Source: Lophium mytilinum (lineage: Eukaryota). From it: a stretch of 55,008 nucleotides of DNA. Below are positions 25,604 to 37,349 of this stretch, piece after piece; positions within the stretch are counted from its first letter, which is position 1; the number at the start of each line of letters is the position of its first letter. The notes beneath the pieces were generated by a model, which was not told where the DNA came from, did not search any database, and saw only the letters and a list, made by a program, of their open reading frames with translations. The stretch lies in assembly GCA_010093605.1 (NCBI GenBank), contig MU004187.1:2160882-2215889 (forward strand). The letters run 5' to 3'. Position numbers and translations under genes: made by a program.

Positions 25604-25799
25604 TATTAGGAATTTCTAAATTAAGAAACGCGTAGAGAATACTAGTTACTTACGTAACCTTCTAGAAGACTACGTATTTTGCCGCTCCGCGGGCTTTACG
25701 CTACTCCGTAAAAGTTTATCCACTTCTTACGCGAAATTTGCGCGCAGGCTGCGCAGATAATTCTTAATTATAGATAATCTAGTATTATAGGCAATTATT

Positions 25800-28700
25800 A
25801 TAGTTAATAACTACTTTATAGTCCTTGTAAATATAGCTATCTACCTCCTCTATCTAACCTTCTAAAACTGCCTAATCCGCCTAGGTTGCAGATAGATAGA
25901 TAATAATGTAGATAGGGCCTTATATACTAAATGCGTAATTATTACGTATAGTAGGAAATTTAAAGTTGCACTAGTATATCTAGTTATCTCTTCTTACTAC
26001 CTCCGCTAGGGCTTTATAGTCTATAGTAACTTCGCATGCATTATAGACTTTACGCGTTATATAGATAGTAATACCTGTATATATTTCTAAGAATTACGTA
26101 ACTATTACTAACCTTAATAATTTTAATATCCTAGTAGACTATTAGAGCTAGCAACGCGTGCGCTAGACGTTTAGGCTAGGGAATAGCACGCAATATATAT
26201 ATTGCGCGTTAGATAGTAGACTATATAGTAATTTAGGACGCATCTAATTACGGTATATATATTATAAAATAGAAAGATAACGCTAAGTATAAGATAGAGC
26301 CTACTTATACCCTATTTACTAATTCTATGCTACTATTTCTTGTCCCTAATACTTTTAAGCAACTTAATAACTAGCCGCAGGCTTTCTTCTCTAGAATCCT
26401 GTGCCTTAACGCAGGCAGCTATAAACTTTTAATATTAGTCCTTATTAGATATAATTATAGTATTATTTTTATACTAGCTGCATTTATCTTTCTTTATATA
26501 GAACTGCTGCCTAAATTACATAAATAAGAGATTAAGAGGGCACTGCTTCTAGCAGTTCTTTATTTTAATACTCTTCTTAGCCTTTCTATAAATTAGAGCT
26601 AAGCGGTATAAGTTATTATTAGTAAGGGGCTCTATATTATTAATCTTATTATTCTATAGTTAATATAATTAGTATATTATGCTTTAGCTCTCTACCTTAT
26701 ATAATTACCTATACTATCTATAATATCTAATAAAGTGTCCCTAAGGGGGGGGCTAGATGGAATTAAATATAGTAAGGATAAGTACCTAGAGTTAAATAGT
26801 TATACTTTGCTCTTAATGCGCTTTATTAGCGCATGTATCTTCTTGCGTTAGTTAATAAAGTTCCGCTGCTAATCCCGCTCCTTTACTTCTATTCTCGCTA
26901 CCCTTGCGGTAAAGGCCTGTTATTGTTCTAGTATTATGTCTTTAGTTAAATCTAATACGTTATAGCGGTTGGGGTTATTATATATATTCTTATTATTATC
27001 TTCTTTATAGTTTATATACCGACCTACCCGTTTTATAATAAATTCTTGCTAGTAGGATAATAGTTAGTGCTTGCGGCGTAAGCTAAGTGCCCGCTATTAG
27101 GCGAGACATTTATTATAATTTGCTACCCTAGCTTATAGTTAGCATGGTCTTGTATAAGGGGGGCGGTAGTTAATACTAGTAGCGGCGACCCCGTAAATTA
27201 GGTTTATACGCTTCTAGCCTAAGGTATATTTACTAATAGCGTAGTAGAGGCAAGTATATATATATATAATAGTATCGCCTAAAAGGGGGTTAAAAAACTC
27301 TTTTAAGTGTCTTTATATCCCTAAGGCGTTTATAGACTATCCTGTAAAGAGTAGGTCTATAACTACTATCTAGATAGCCTTAGCTATAAAGATTACTAGT
27401 GGCCCCTATAATCTATTAGAATGCTGTCTAACGCTAGGTTAGTAACTAACCTTAGCTTAGTCTTTATCTGCCCTAAAGAGATAGTTCTAATCCTTTATTA
27501 GCATTAATGCGGTGCTAGTAATATCTAGAGTTATAGAACTAAGACTATAGCATTCTTATATAATATTATAAGCAACCTTTATTATAGTATTGCGGAAATA
27601 ACTAAAAGTATTATAAATCTAGGTTATATATTATAATTAGCTATTATATAAGGTTATAGAAGTAGGGAGAGGGTAATATACCTTCCGCGCGCAAAAAGGG
27701 TCTAGAGTAGTGGGGACATTAGCTTAAGCGTAGAATAGTTAGTCTTTATAGACGTCTGCCTATGTTTATATTAGTACTTACTAAAATATATCTAGCCTAA
27801 TACTTTTAGTCTAGGCTATAAGGTTATTACTATATTCCCTAATTATATTAGTACCTAATACTATGCTTCTAAGTATCTAGTATCTTATTTATTCTTCTAC
27901 TGCCGTATATTTTACCTCTATAGTTAGTGCTTTAGCATGCCTATCTACGCTATTCTATATCTAAATTATTTTACTGCGTTATTTTATGCTAAGGGAGCTA
28001 ATGCGGTTATAAACGGGTGTGCCTCTACCTGTGCCTAAGAAGCGGCTAGTAGGAGAGAAGAATAGTAGACTACTTAATGCAAAGATATTAGACCTAGTTA
28101 TTTAGTTAATAGCCCTGCGGGCTTCTATTCTAGCCGCTGTCTTATTTTAGACTATGGCGGTACTCTAATAGGTATTTATTAGCATATACTACTTAGTAGA
28201 GTAGCTATAATATATATATAAGCTAATCTTACGCTTAAAGTCTATTTACACGCGGAAGTTAGTATTACTAGATTAGAAGATAGGCGTGTACCTGTTCTTA
28301 TCCTCTATACCGCGTTTTCTCTTTCCGGCAAGAGATAAGGTGCGGCTGGACGGCCGAGATAATATAGTATTGCCGTCTTAGAATATTCTAGTAGTGCGTT
28401 CTCTTTTACTTATTAAGTTCTATATATTTATTATTAGTTAGCAGGCGTTAGAGTTAAGGGAGCTAGGCGCGTTACTATGTTAATTAGTTTTAAGGCAGCG
28501 CGTTTTTACTTTTTTACTATCTATAGTTATATGCGTTAGCTGTATATATATTAACGTGTACTATAGATAGGGTATATAGTATAGCATATTTAAGTTATAT
28601 AGTAAGTCCCTATTTAGGGTAGAAAGAGATAGTTTTATATTACCTTTTACTATATTTAAGTAGGTAACGTTAAGCCTTACTAAATAATAGATAGGGGGCG

Positions 28701-31700
28701 TGTAGTAAAAGAATATTCTATTTTTTAAGGTAGAGTGCGAGAATAATAACTATAAAGGGAAGTAAAGTAGATTATAATTAAGTAGCGTGGAGAGAAGGGA
28801 ATAAAGGGGGAGTAAGTCGCGCGTTTATTATAATAGAATATAATAGAGCTAGCTAGATGCGGTCTATACGCGTTAACTTAGCGTCTTTAGCTAGTTATAT
28901 GCCTCTTCTCTATCCCCCCCTTAATAAAGCCCTATTATCCTATATAATTAAACACTTCTATCTACGCAATTACCTCTTTTATTATATTGCCTTAGACTAG
29001 AGCTTGCACTTACGCACTTGCATTAACTTCTACTAATTGCCGCACGCGCGCTACTACCTTCCGCTGTTATTTCTAGATGGCATTTTCTACACTATTAGAA
29101 TAGTAGTTAGTTAAGAGATTATAGACTTTGCATTCTATATTATTAGATAGATGGCTAGCTAAGTTAGAGGCCCTAATAGAGGTATTAATATCGCAACGCG
29201 CAGCTGTCCCCTTATCGCTAACTTTATCTCTAGTTAGGCGACCTACTTAGGCGTAAATAACCCGCTAGCTATCTCCTCTAGCTATAGTATATGTCCCTTT
29301 TTTATATTATTAATAATAAACGCCTCTGCCTTTACTAACTAAATTGCGTAACCTTAAGCTATTACATTCTTCTCTCTCTCGGCCTAAAATACTCTCTTTA
29401 CTACTATTTAGGCCTCCTTTCTATAATTCCGGCCCTCTATTAGTCGCCACGCTATAAGCAGTTATATACTATATTATAGGGTACTCCTCTATAGTAAAGA
29501 GGTCTCTAGATAGAAGAATAGAAGGGCAGTCTACTAGTAGTAAATTCCCCCCCCGTAGGATCTATATACCTGGTTAGAACGTTTAGCCGTGCGGCTATAC
29601 TTCTAGTTCTAATAATAGCTATAGTTTAGATAACTCTATACTGCCTATGCGTAGGGATATTAAGCTATCTATATTCTAGTCTAGTAAAATAGTATAAGGT
29701 TATAATAAGGCCCCGCCTTAGAGTAGTATAGTCCTAGTCTAGTTCCCTTAGTAAGGCGGGCTGTAGAATAGTCTAATTATAAATTAGGTTAGCTAGATAT
29801 ATAGACTCTTGCGCTATTTAAGTTCTCTATCTTTTATAGTTCCGCACTCTTATCTCTTATATAACTCTTATATTCTTTTTAACTTTTTCTATAGCTTTAA
29901 TCTCTTACTTATTTATCTTATTGCGCAGGCGTTTATAACTAGTAGAGGCTAATATAGGTATAGGTAGAAGGATAGTATAGTGCTAGCTAGAGTAGATAGG
30001 TATAGAAGTGTTGTCTATCTATGTTAGCTATATTAATTAAAATTATTGCATGTATCTAATATACTATTTAGTTAAGGCTTAATAATTAGGGTAATATAGT
30101 CTAGTTCTCTTAATAAACTCTAATATACTATTACTATATACTAGTCTACCTTATTCTTAACTAGAAACTTAAGATTATCCGCAATATAGTAATATATAGT
30201 TTCGCGTTCTATATTAAGACTAAATATTATATTTAACCTAGTAACAAGTATACTAAATTTAGGGGCTGGCATTACTAGCATACTCTTTAGTAGCGTGGGT
30301 AGTGCAAGTTTATATACTAGTATAATGCGGGCGGCCTTACTACCTAGCCGCTTTACTAATATTAACTTTATTTCTATATACGCTAAACTACGGTAGCATT
30401 TAGGGTGCGGCGAAGTTCTATTTTATTTAGTAGGCGGAGTGTCTATAGAATTAGAATAATAAGACGCGTTAATATAATCTTATCTTTTCTTATTATAGTT
30501 GTATCGCTGTGCAAGTTTTAATATCTACTTATATTCTTCTTTAAGTAGAATATATAAAAGCATTTTAGGAAACTTCTTTATAATGTCTATTATTATAGAT
30601 TATACTATCCCCCTAATTATCTTTAAGTAGAGGGATCCGCCTAGCAGGTCTACTAACCTTATCTTAGTCTCTATCGCGGTATATAGCGTATTGTATTTAT
30701 AGGCGCTAATATTAAGGCCCTATATAAGCTTATTTCTAGAGTCCGGCTTAAGGTTATTAGGTATTAGGGACTAGCCTTATTTATCTAACAATATAATAGT
30801 TTAACAATTCTTAGAATATAGAAGGGGTAGAAAAGGTAAAGTTAGAGTTAGTTTATATACGTATTTAGATAACAGAGTGCTAAGACTAGACTCTTATCGC
30901 GTCTGCGTAACTAAATCGGCTACTTTAGTAGTAACTATTTTATAGTAATTAATAGGATACCTATACTGCCTCTTCTCTTAAGAAGGAACTAAAGCCCCTT
31001 CGCATTAATAGTAACCCAGTATTTATTAAGTTATTAGTGTAAGATCTAGATAGTTTAGTATTAGGCTGAAAATTCTATATTTTATACTGCTGCCTAATAT
31101 ATTTATGCACTTAAGTATTAGAGATAATTATAAATAATGCTCTATTATTAACTATTACTATATAACGGCCCGGTTTATTTATCTAAATATATACTTAGGC
31201 GGTGCTCCCTTTTTTATAATTATTAATATTATTATAGGGCGCTATTATAATGCTTTAGGGCTTTAGCTAATTATATATAGTATAGGGATACTAATATTAT
31301 AAGAGTATAGGCCTACACGCCTATTTTAGGATACTCTTATTTAATTTATATAATAGCTAGGACTAGGGATATATACTTTCTCTAGCGACTTAGATGTATT
31401 AAGAAGCGTAATAAATATAATAGTGTTTTAGAGTATTTTCTAAATTAAGTAGAAAGGTTGCAAATAGATAGCGTCTAAATTAGCTATAGAGTAGCATGTG
31501 AATGTATTATACTATCTTAAAACTAACCTAACTTATCTCTACGTCTAATTAGCTGTGGTGTTGGTAGTATATTAAAATATAGGTAGCTAGAAAGAGCTTA
31601 GTATTAGTAAGTGTATACTTTTCTACCCGTTTTCTTTTAGCTAGTATATATATACAGCACTAAATTATACTACTATAGGCCTATAGTATACTCTAATTTA

Positions 31701-31900
31701 TAGGCTGCTCTATTTAAATCTCTTTATTAGGAATATAAGTAAGATTAGATGCATACTAGCTACTAATATCCTATAGTCTAGATTAGAAGGGTAGAATAGA
31801 GGGTTCTTGCAACCTTTCTATACCTTATAACGTGCGAGAATATTACTAATAATATATGCGGGCCTATAGAGCATTAGCGCCGCTGTATAGATATTTACCT
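25800..31900 (-). pseudogene. Several RIP-degraded cargo ORFs of unknown function, apparently on the minus strand
   Basis: De-RIP minus-strand reading gives long protein-like stretches, e.g. ..AFAARVARMEVKERDRQRNFIDQRKKIHALMKRIKSKV* ending ~26801 and ..LGGEAARIMLVHELALPTLLKS.. at ~30350. Gene number and boundaries are not resolved. Confidence 0.4.
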
Positions 31901-32149
31901 ATATAATGCTATAGTTTATATTACTAATACTTAGGCCTTAAATTACATTTAAGGCTTATACTGCTAATACCTAAGCCTTGCGGTAAGTATATAGTTAAGT
32001 AGATTATATTAATATTAAAAACGGGCAGTCTATAGTAGACCTGCTATAGATATAGTATACTTATTAACGCGGTAATTGCAGGTGTATTATAGAAGTAGAA
32101 GTTAGAATAGTTTATTTTATAATATCTACTATAGAACTATATGCACTAT

Positions 32150-35100
32150 ATAATTAGTGCATTTAGTAGTTACCTTAGTACTAATAGTTTCTTAGTTTTT
32201 CTTCTTTTTTAGTATACTTTATATAACCTTATATATAAACTTATTATTATTAACCGCACGGGACTAAGCTAGCGTATCTACCGGGTTGTTACCCCCTATA
32301 TAGGCAAGAATAATGCTGCATATTCTATTAGACCTCTAGTTCTTCTACTATACTTTAGATATAATCTATATCTTAAGGCCGGATGCGGTCTATAGCTCTA
32401 TAACTATTACGCACGTATATTAAAAAGTAAAGTTAGAGCCTTCTACTCCTCTAGTCTTTCGGTTTGCGACTAGAATATTAACGGCCGCTAGATTGTCTTA
32501 ATTACGCTTAAAGCTAGTATTAAATTACTTCTATTACTTAACTATTAGCAATAAATATAACTATGCAAGCTTTTTAGTTAGCATAGTCTTTATAATTATC
32601 TAGTATTAATTATATTAGTTTATTAGATAATAATTGCCAATTATAGATAGAGATAGGTAGCAACTTATAATGCAGATAACTAAATTAACTATAGGCTTCT
32701 TGCTAACAATTAGTATTTTCTTCTTCTTAGCTTAAATGTATTAAACTATGCTCCTAATCTTCTTTAGCTTCCCTAAATTAGCTAGTAGGTCGGTATACTA
32801 TTTAGCGAGAGTACTTTCTAAGTCCGTGTAATCTATCTAGCCCGCATTTTTAATATCTTCTAGAGTAAAGGTTAGGTTACTTATTAAGCTAAGCTCTTTC
32901 TATTACATCTTTAACTTAGCTAGCCTAGGAATTAATGCAAAAATCTAGGGCAGCCTTCTCTTACCTAAGCCTGTTAGAAAGGCGCCTAGGCTAAAGGAAG
33001 GCGGCGGCTTATTAATTGCTGCTCTATGCCTTAGCTATTCTTTATACTCTTCTTTAAGGTCTGCGTATCTCTCTCTAATAACTATATAGTACTCCTTAAT
33101 AAAGGGTTTAAAGTAGTTAAGTATACTAACTATTACCTGCCGTATAATATAGAGCGGCATATTCCCTAAGGGAAGGCCGTCTAGGCTAAGGCTTATTAGC
33201 GTTCTACAGATGCTTATAGCTGTAATTATATCTAACACTCTCTAGAGATGCCTAGATAATTTAGAATTATTCTATAGTTGCCGCTCTTTCTTTATTTTTA
33301 AGGCAAGGTAGTAACCTCTAGCCCCTATAAGGTCTCCTTAATTAATACGCCGGAGGGTAGGGCCTTAATAAAGAATATTAAACTTATCCCCTTTATCTAT
33401 ATCCTCTTTCTCTAACTCCTTATCTAGAAGAGTATTATCCGGGTTGTCTTTAATATTAGCGTTTAAGTTAGTTAGGTCTACTATCTAAGTTAGCGTCTAT
33501 AAACCTCTATATAGCATAACTATTAAATATAATAGAGTTTTAGGGCCGCGGAGAAAAGAAGTCCCGCTATAGAATAAGCCTCCGGGGTAGCTATATAGAT
33601 TAGCAGCCTTATTAAACCCTCTTAAGTCCTAGCCCCAATAAACCTAATTAAGCGCACGGTTAATATTTGCCTATTTGCGCGTAGTTAGATAGAATGCATG
33701 CTAATACTGCATAGACTTAATATAGCTAAAAGCTGTAATATATAGAGATATATTATTAAATTCTAGGTAAAACTTATTAAAAAAAACGGCCCTATATATA
33801 TACGTGGGGGTTACTCTATTACTATATAATAGGTTATAGAATATTATAAAGGTCTCTAGTAAGTTTAAATTCTTATTATATTTTTTATTAAAGGTCTCCG
33901 CGCTTATAATAATAAGGTAGGTTTTTACTTTTAGATTTAGCTTATACTATACCCGACTGTTTATTTCTTAGTGGATAGGCCTAAGGTTCTTCTAGTCTTT
34001 AGAAGTAAGGTTACCCTCTATAATGCTTCTATATACACGCTAGATATAAAGTCTTCCGCTAGGGACCTTAAAATTCTTATTCTTATATTTAATATCTAGC
34101 TAGTATTTCGCCTTCTTATAGGTCTAATTTAGTAGACTCTTCTTAGTAAGCTAAATAACGCAGCCTTTAACGCTGCTAGAATGTAGAGTATTAGTACTAG
34201 CCTCTCTAGTATAAGTAGTAAATGCTATTAATATTTATAGAGTTTTTCCTATTCTAGGGGGGTCTATAAGAATTAGCCTACGCGCCCTACTAGTAAGACC
34301 TTAGATAATACTATATATCCCGGCCACCTAGTATAGGGCCGCACGCATCTTTAGGTTAGTAGTTATTTCTAGTAGCTTAAAGGTTGCGTTACTAGAAAAA
34401 TTCCTATATATTAGAGGTAAACTAAAAAACTATAGCACCTTCTTAAATGCTGCTATTAAGATATTCTTTATAGAGCTTAATATTAGGGCTATTATAGCAG
34501 TAATATTAATAGTATCTACCTTCTCTATATTGGCTGTAATTATCTTATTTATATCTATAGAGGGTCTAGTTTTACTAAGACTATATATATTAAATTTAAG
34601 CGTAGCTATAATATTAATACTACTAATTACTATATCCCCTGCAACTTAGGTATTACTAGGGATAGTCTAGCTGCTTTCTATAGCAACTATAAGCGTATAG
34701 AGTTGTTTTTAGGCGGTTAGGTACTAAGTAGTTCTAGGCCTAAGCGCTCTAAGCTGCTATATAACCTTATTATAGATAATACTAGGCTAAATAGAATTAC
34801 GCATTAACTTAGTATATAGCTAGATAATATTAAGCATCTATTAGAGTAATTGCGCTTTCTTCTCTACTTATAGCTTTTATACCTTCTTCTCTACTAGTAG
34901 TTTCTACTTTCTTTATTTCTCTTACTCCGCTATCTCTTCTAGCTATTTCTGCCTCTTTGCTTTCTCTTTAGTTACGGTCTTAGCTAGCTCTCTTTCCTTC
35001 TATTCTATCTACTTTTTGGCCTTCTCCGCTATTACTATATCTACTAGCTCTCTCTCCTTTATCTCTTTCTTCTTTATCTCTTTCTCCTTTATTTCTTTCT

Positions 35101-36650
35101 TTTTTCTTTCTTTCTCTACTTTTACTATTTCTGCCAGCGCTTTCTCTACTAGCGCTTTCTCCGCCAGCTCTTTCTCCGCCAACTCTTTCTCCTTCTTCTC
35201 TTTCTCTTTCTTTTCTCTCTCTGCTTTTGCTGTTTCTACCAGCTCTTTCTTCTTTTTTTCTTTTTCTTCTTTTACTATATCTACTAGCTGTTTCTACTTC
35301 TTTCCTTTATTCTATTCTGTGGTAGAATTAACTCTATCTATATTAGCTATATATATATATAGACTTATAGTTAAGTTAATAATTATTTTATCTAGAGTAT
35401 TAGCGGCGGTAGGTTTAGGTAGACCCTTAGCCGCGGCAGCCTTAGGCTTGCTATAGCGGGGGCGTTTCTTAGCCGGGCGGATACTAGGGGGCGAGGACTT
35501 AAGAAAGTGCAGACCTAGCTATGCATTAGTTAGTAGTAATATTTAATAATTAATAATAATTAATATATATCTAGTCTTAAGTTTAGATATTATCTCTCTA
35601 ATGTTAAGGCCCTTTACTATAAAACTAAGTACTATCTCTTTAGGTATACTCTTTATTTTCTCTAATAGTGTAGTTAGATAGAAGTTATTCTCTATTAACT
35701 TCTAGGTTCTATTAACTATAATAATGTGCTCTAGAGGGTTAAAGTCTATAAAAGTTCTATTAATAGCTTCTAGAAACTTTATAAAGCTATAGTCTTCTAG
35801 CTCTAGGCCTTTACTACTAGACCTTGCAAGATAGAGAGTAAAAAGGCGTCTAGTACTTTCCCGCTATAGCAGCTAGTATATTGTGGCGAGGACTGCGTGC
35901 AATAGCCGGGGCTTAAATAGAGTATTTCGGGCAGTAATATCTAGGGATTTTATTAGAGAGCTAAGGCCTGCTAATATAACTAACTTTATAGATAAGGCTA
36001 ACTTAAACCGCTTCCGCTTTTTATTACTTTTAATAATACTGCCCCGCATCTTATATTTCTTATAGACTTTATACTAGATTAATATCTAATACGCTTACTT
36101 CTACTTAGCTAATATAGAAGACTCCTTAAATATATAACTCTATATATCTATAAAAAGTATATATATTTTAGACTAAGTATCTAAGTAGGTATTATTCTTG
36201 CTATAGTTGTTTTAGCCTAGTTATAAGAGATATTTTACCTGTAGGTATACTTTAGAGTTCTCTATTAGTATAAATAAGTTAGCTTCTATCTAGCGCTATA
36301 TCTTAGAAGCTAGACCTAAGCCGGCTATAATATTTATTTAACTTAAGTAGCCTTTAGAGTTCTTAGTAAAATTAAATGCCGCCTTACTCTGCAAAGATAT
36401 ATTGCGTAGTAGGTCTACTAGGAATATTATAGTCTTCCCCTAAGTAGGTCTAGAGCGTTAGCGGCTACTATAGGGAGGCCGGCGGCTGCGGCGGTTATCT
36501 AGCTTATCTAGCTCTAAATTACTATTGTAGTCTACTTAACTAGAGTCTATACTTAATAACTATTTATCCGGGTTAAACTTCTTATTGTTTTAATTATTAG
36601 GGAGGCGTTATTAGTAACTAGTGCGTTAACCTAATTTTTTAGCTATATTA
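32150..36650 (-). pseudogene. Divergent SNF2-family (SF2) ATPase/helicase with N-terminal Lys/Glu-rich coiled coil, RIP-inactivated cargo gene
   Basis: Literal minus-strand translation at 34335-34230 is Y*VAGIYSII*GLTSRARRLILIDPPRIGKTL*I, de-RIP HQVAG...GLILADPPGMGKTLQ (Q motif + Walker A). Further motifs: FDEAA ~33615, FCSGT ~33570, GKLEKIRSIV....KKKMLIVS ~32775-32700 (motif IV), ILVANRKTGGVEGSNFT ~32480-32430 (motif V), EIQIISRVWRKNQ ~32375-32337 (motif VI). KEKE/AEKEL tract at 34850-35310. Intron-like acceptors near 35520 and 32560. Confidence 0.72.
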
Positions 36651-37049
36651 GGCGAATAAGATAAGAAGTTAGGGTGTAAGGAAGGTAGATAGAAGGGGGC
36701 AGGGTTAGTAGATAGAATAGCGTTGTGCGGTAATATAGGCGAGGGCGGGCGGGAGGCTAATAATATTAGATAAACGGTGATAGTAAGTAATAAGTAAGGT
36801 AGTTACTTACCTATAAAGTTATAATAGTAGACGCTACTTATAGTATAATTAACCTTAGGATTGCGCGCGTTAAAAAATAAGGCGACTATAGTAGAAGATA
36901 TATAAATCCGCGCGCGCTAGTAATAGAAGTAGCTACTCTTAGTTATACTTTTAAATAGGTATAACGTCTATTAAAGAAGTACTTATAGAGCGGTACTAGA
37001 AATACAGTAAGCGCAGGTAAGCCTAAGGCGTAGAGAAGGAAGTTGGCGT

Positions 37050-37140
37050 ATAAGGGAGGAAGGAGAAGGAGGAGAGAAAGAGAGAAGAGAGAGATGGAGG
37101 AGGAGGAGGATGAGGGAGGAAAGATAGGTAAGAATAGTAG
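37050..37140 (-). promoter_or_regulatory. Purine-rich tract (CT-rich on the minus strand) in the putative divergent promoter region of the giant element
   Basis: GGAGGAAGGAGAAGGAGGAGAGAAAGAGAGAAGAGAGAG. CT-rich tracts are common near fungal transcription starts. It lies upstream of the SNF2-like gene, with a minus-strand GTAAGT donor at ~36811. Confidence 0.35.
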
Positions 37141-37349
37141 ATAAGAATTAGAATTAAAAGGCTAGATGGAAGGTAAAGTTTAAAGTAGCGCATAATTAAG
37201 TGCGTAATTAGTAAACAGGCTATATTATAATATAATAGAAGTAAAGAGTTATATAGCTTAAAAAACTCTACTATCTAATAATTAGTAATAATTAGCCTCT
37301 ACCTTAATATTTATCTATACCTATTAGCTTTTAGTAACACTTAATAGAT

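Noticed and set aside
35016..35456. Plus-strand Ser/Phe-rich 146-aa ORF as a membrane protein
   Set aside because: It is the antisense shadow of the Lys/Glu-rich coiled-coil region of the minus-strand SNF2-like gene.
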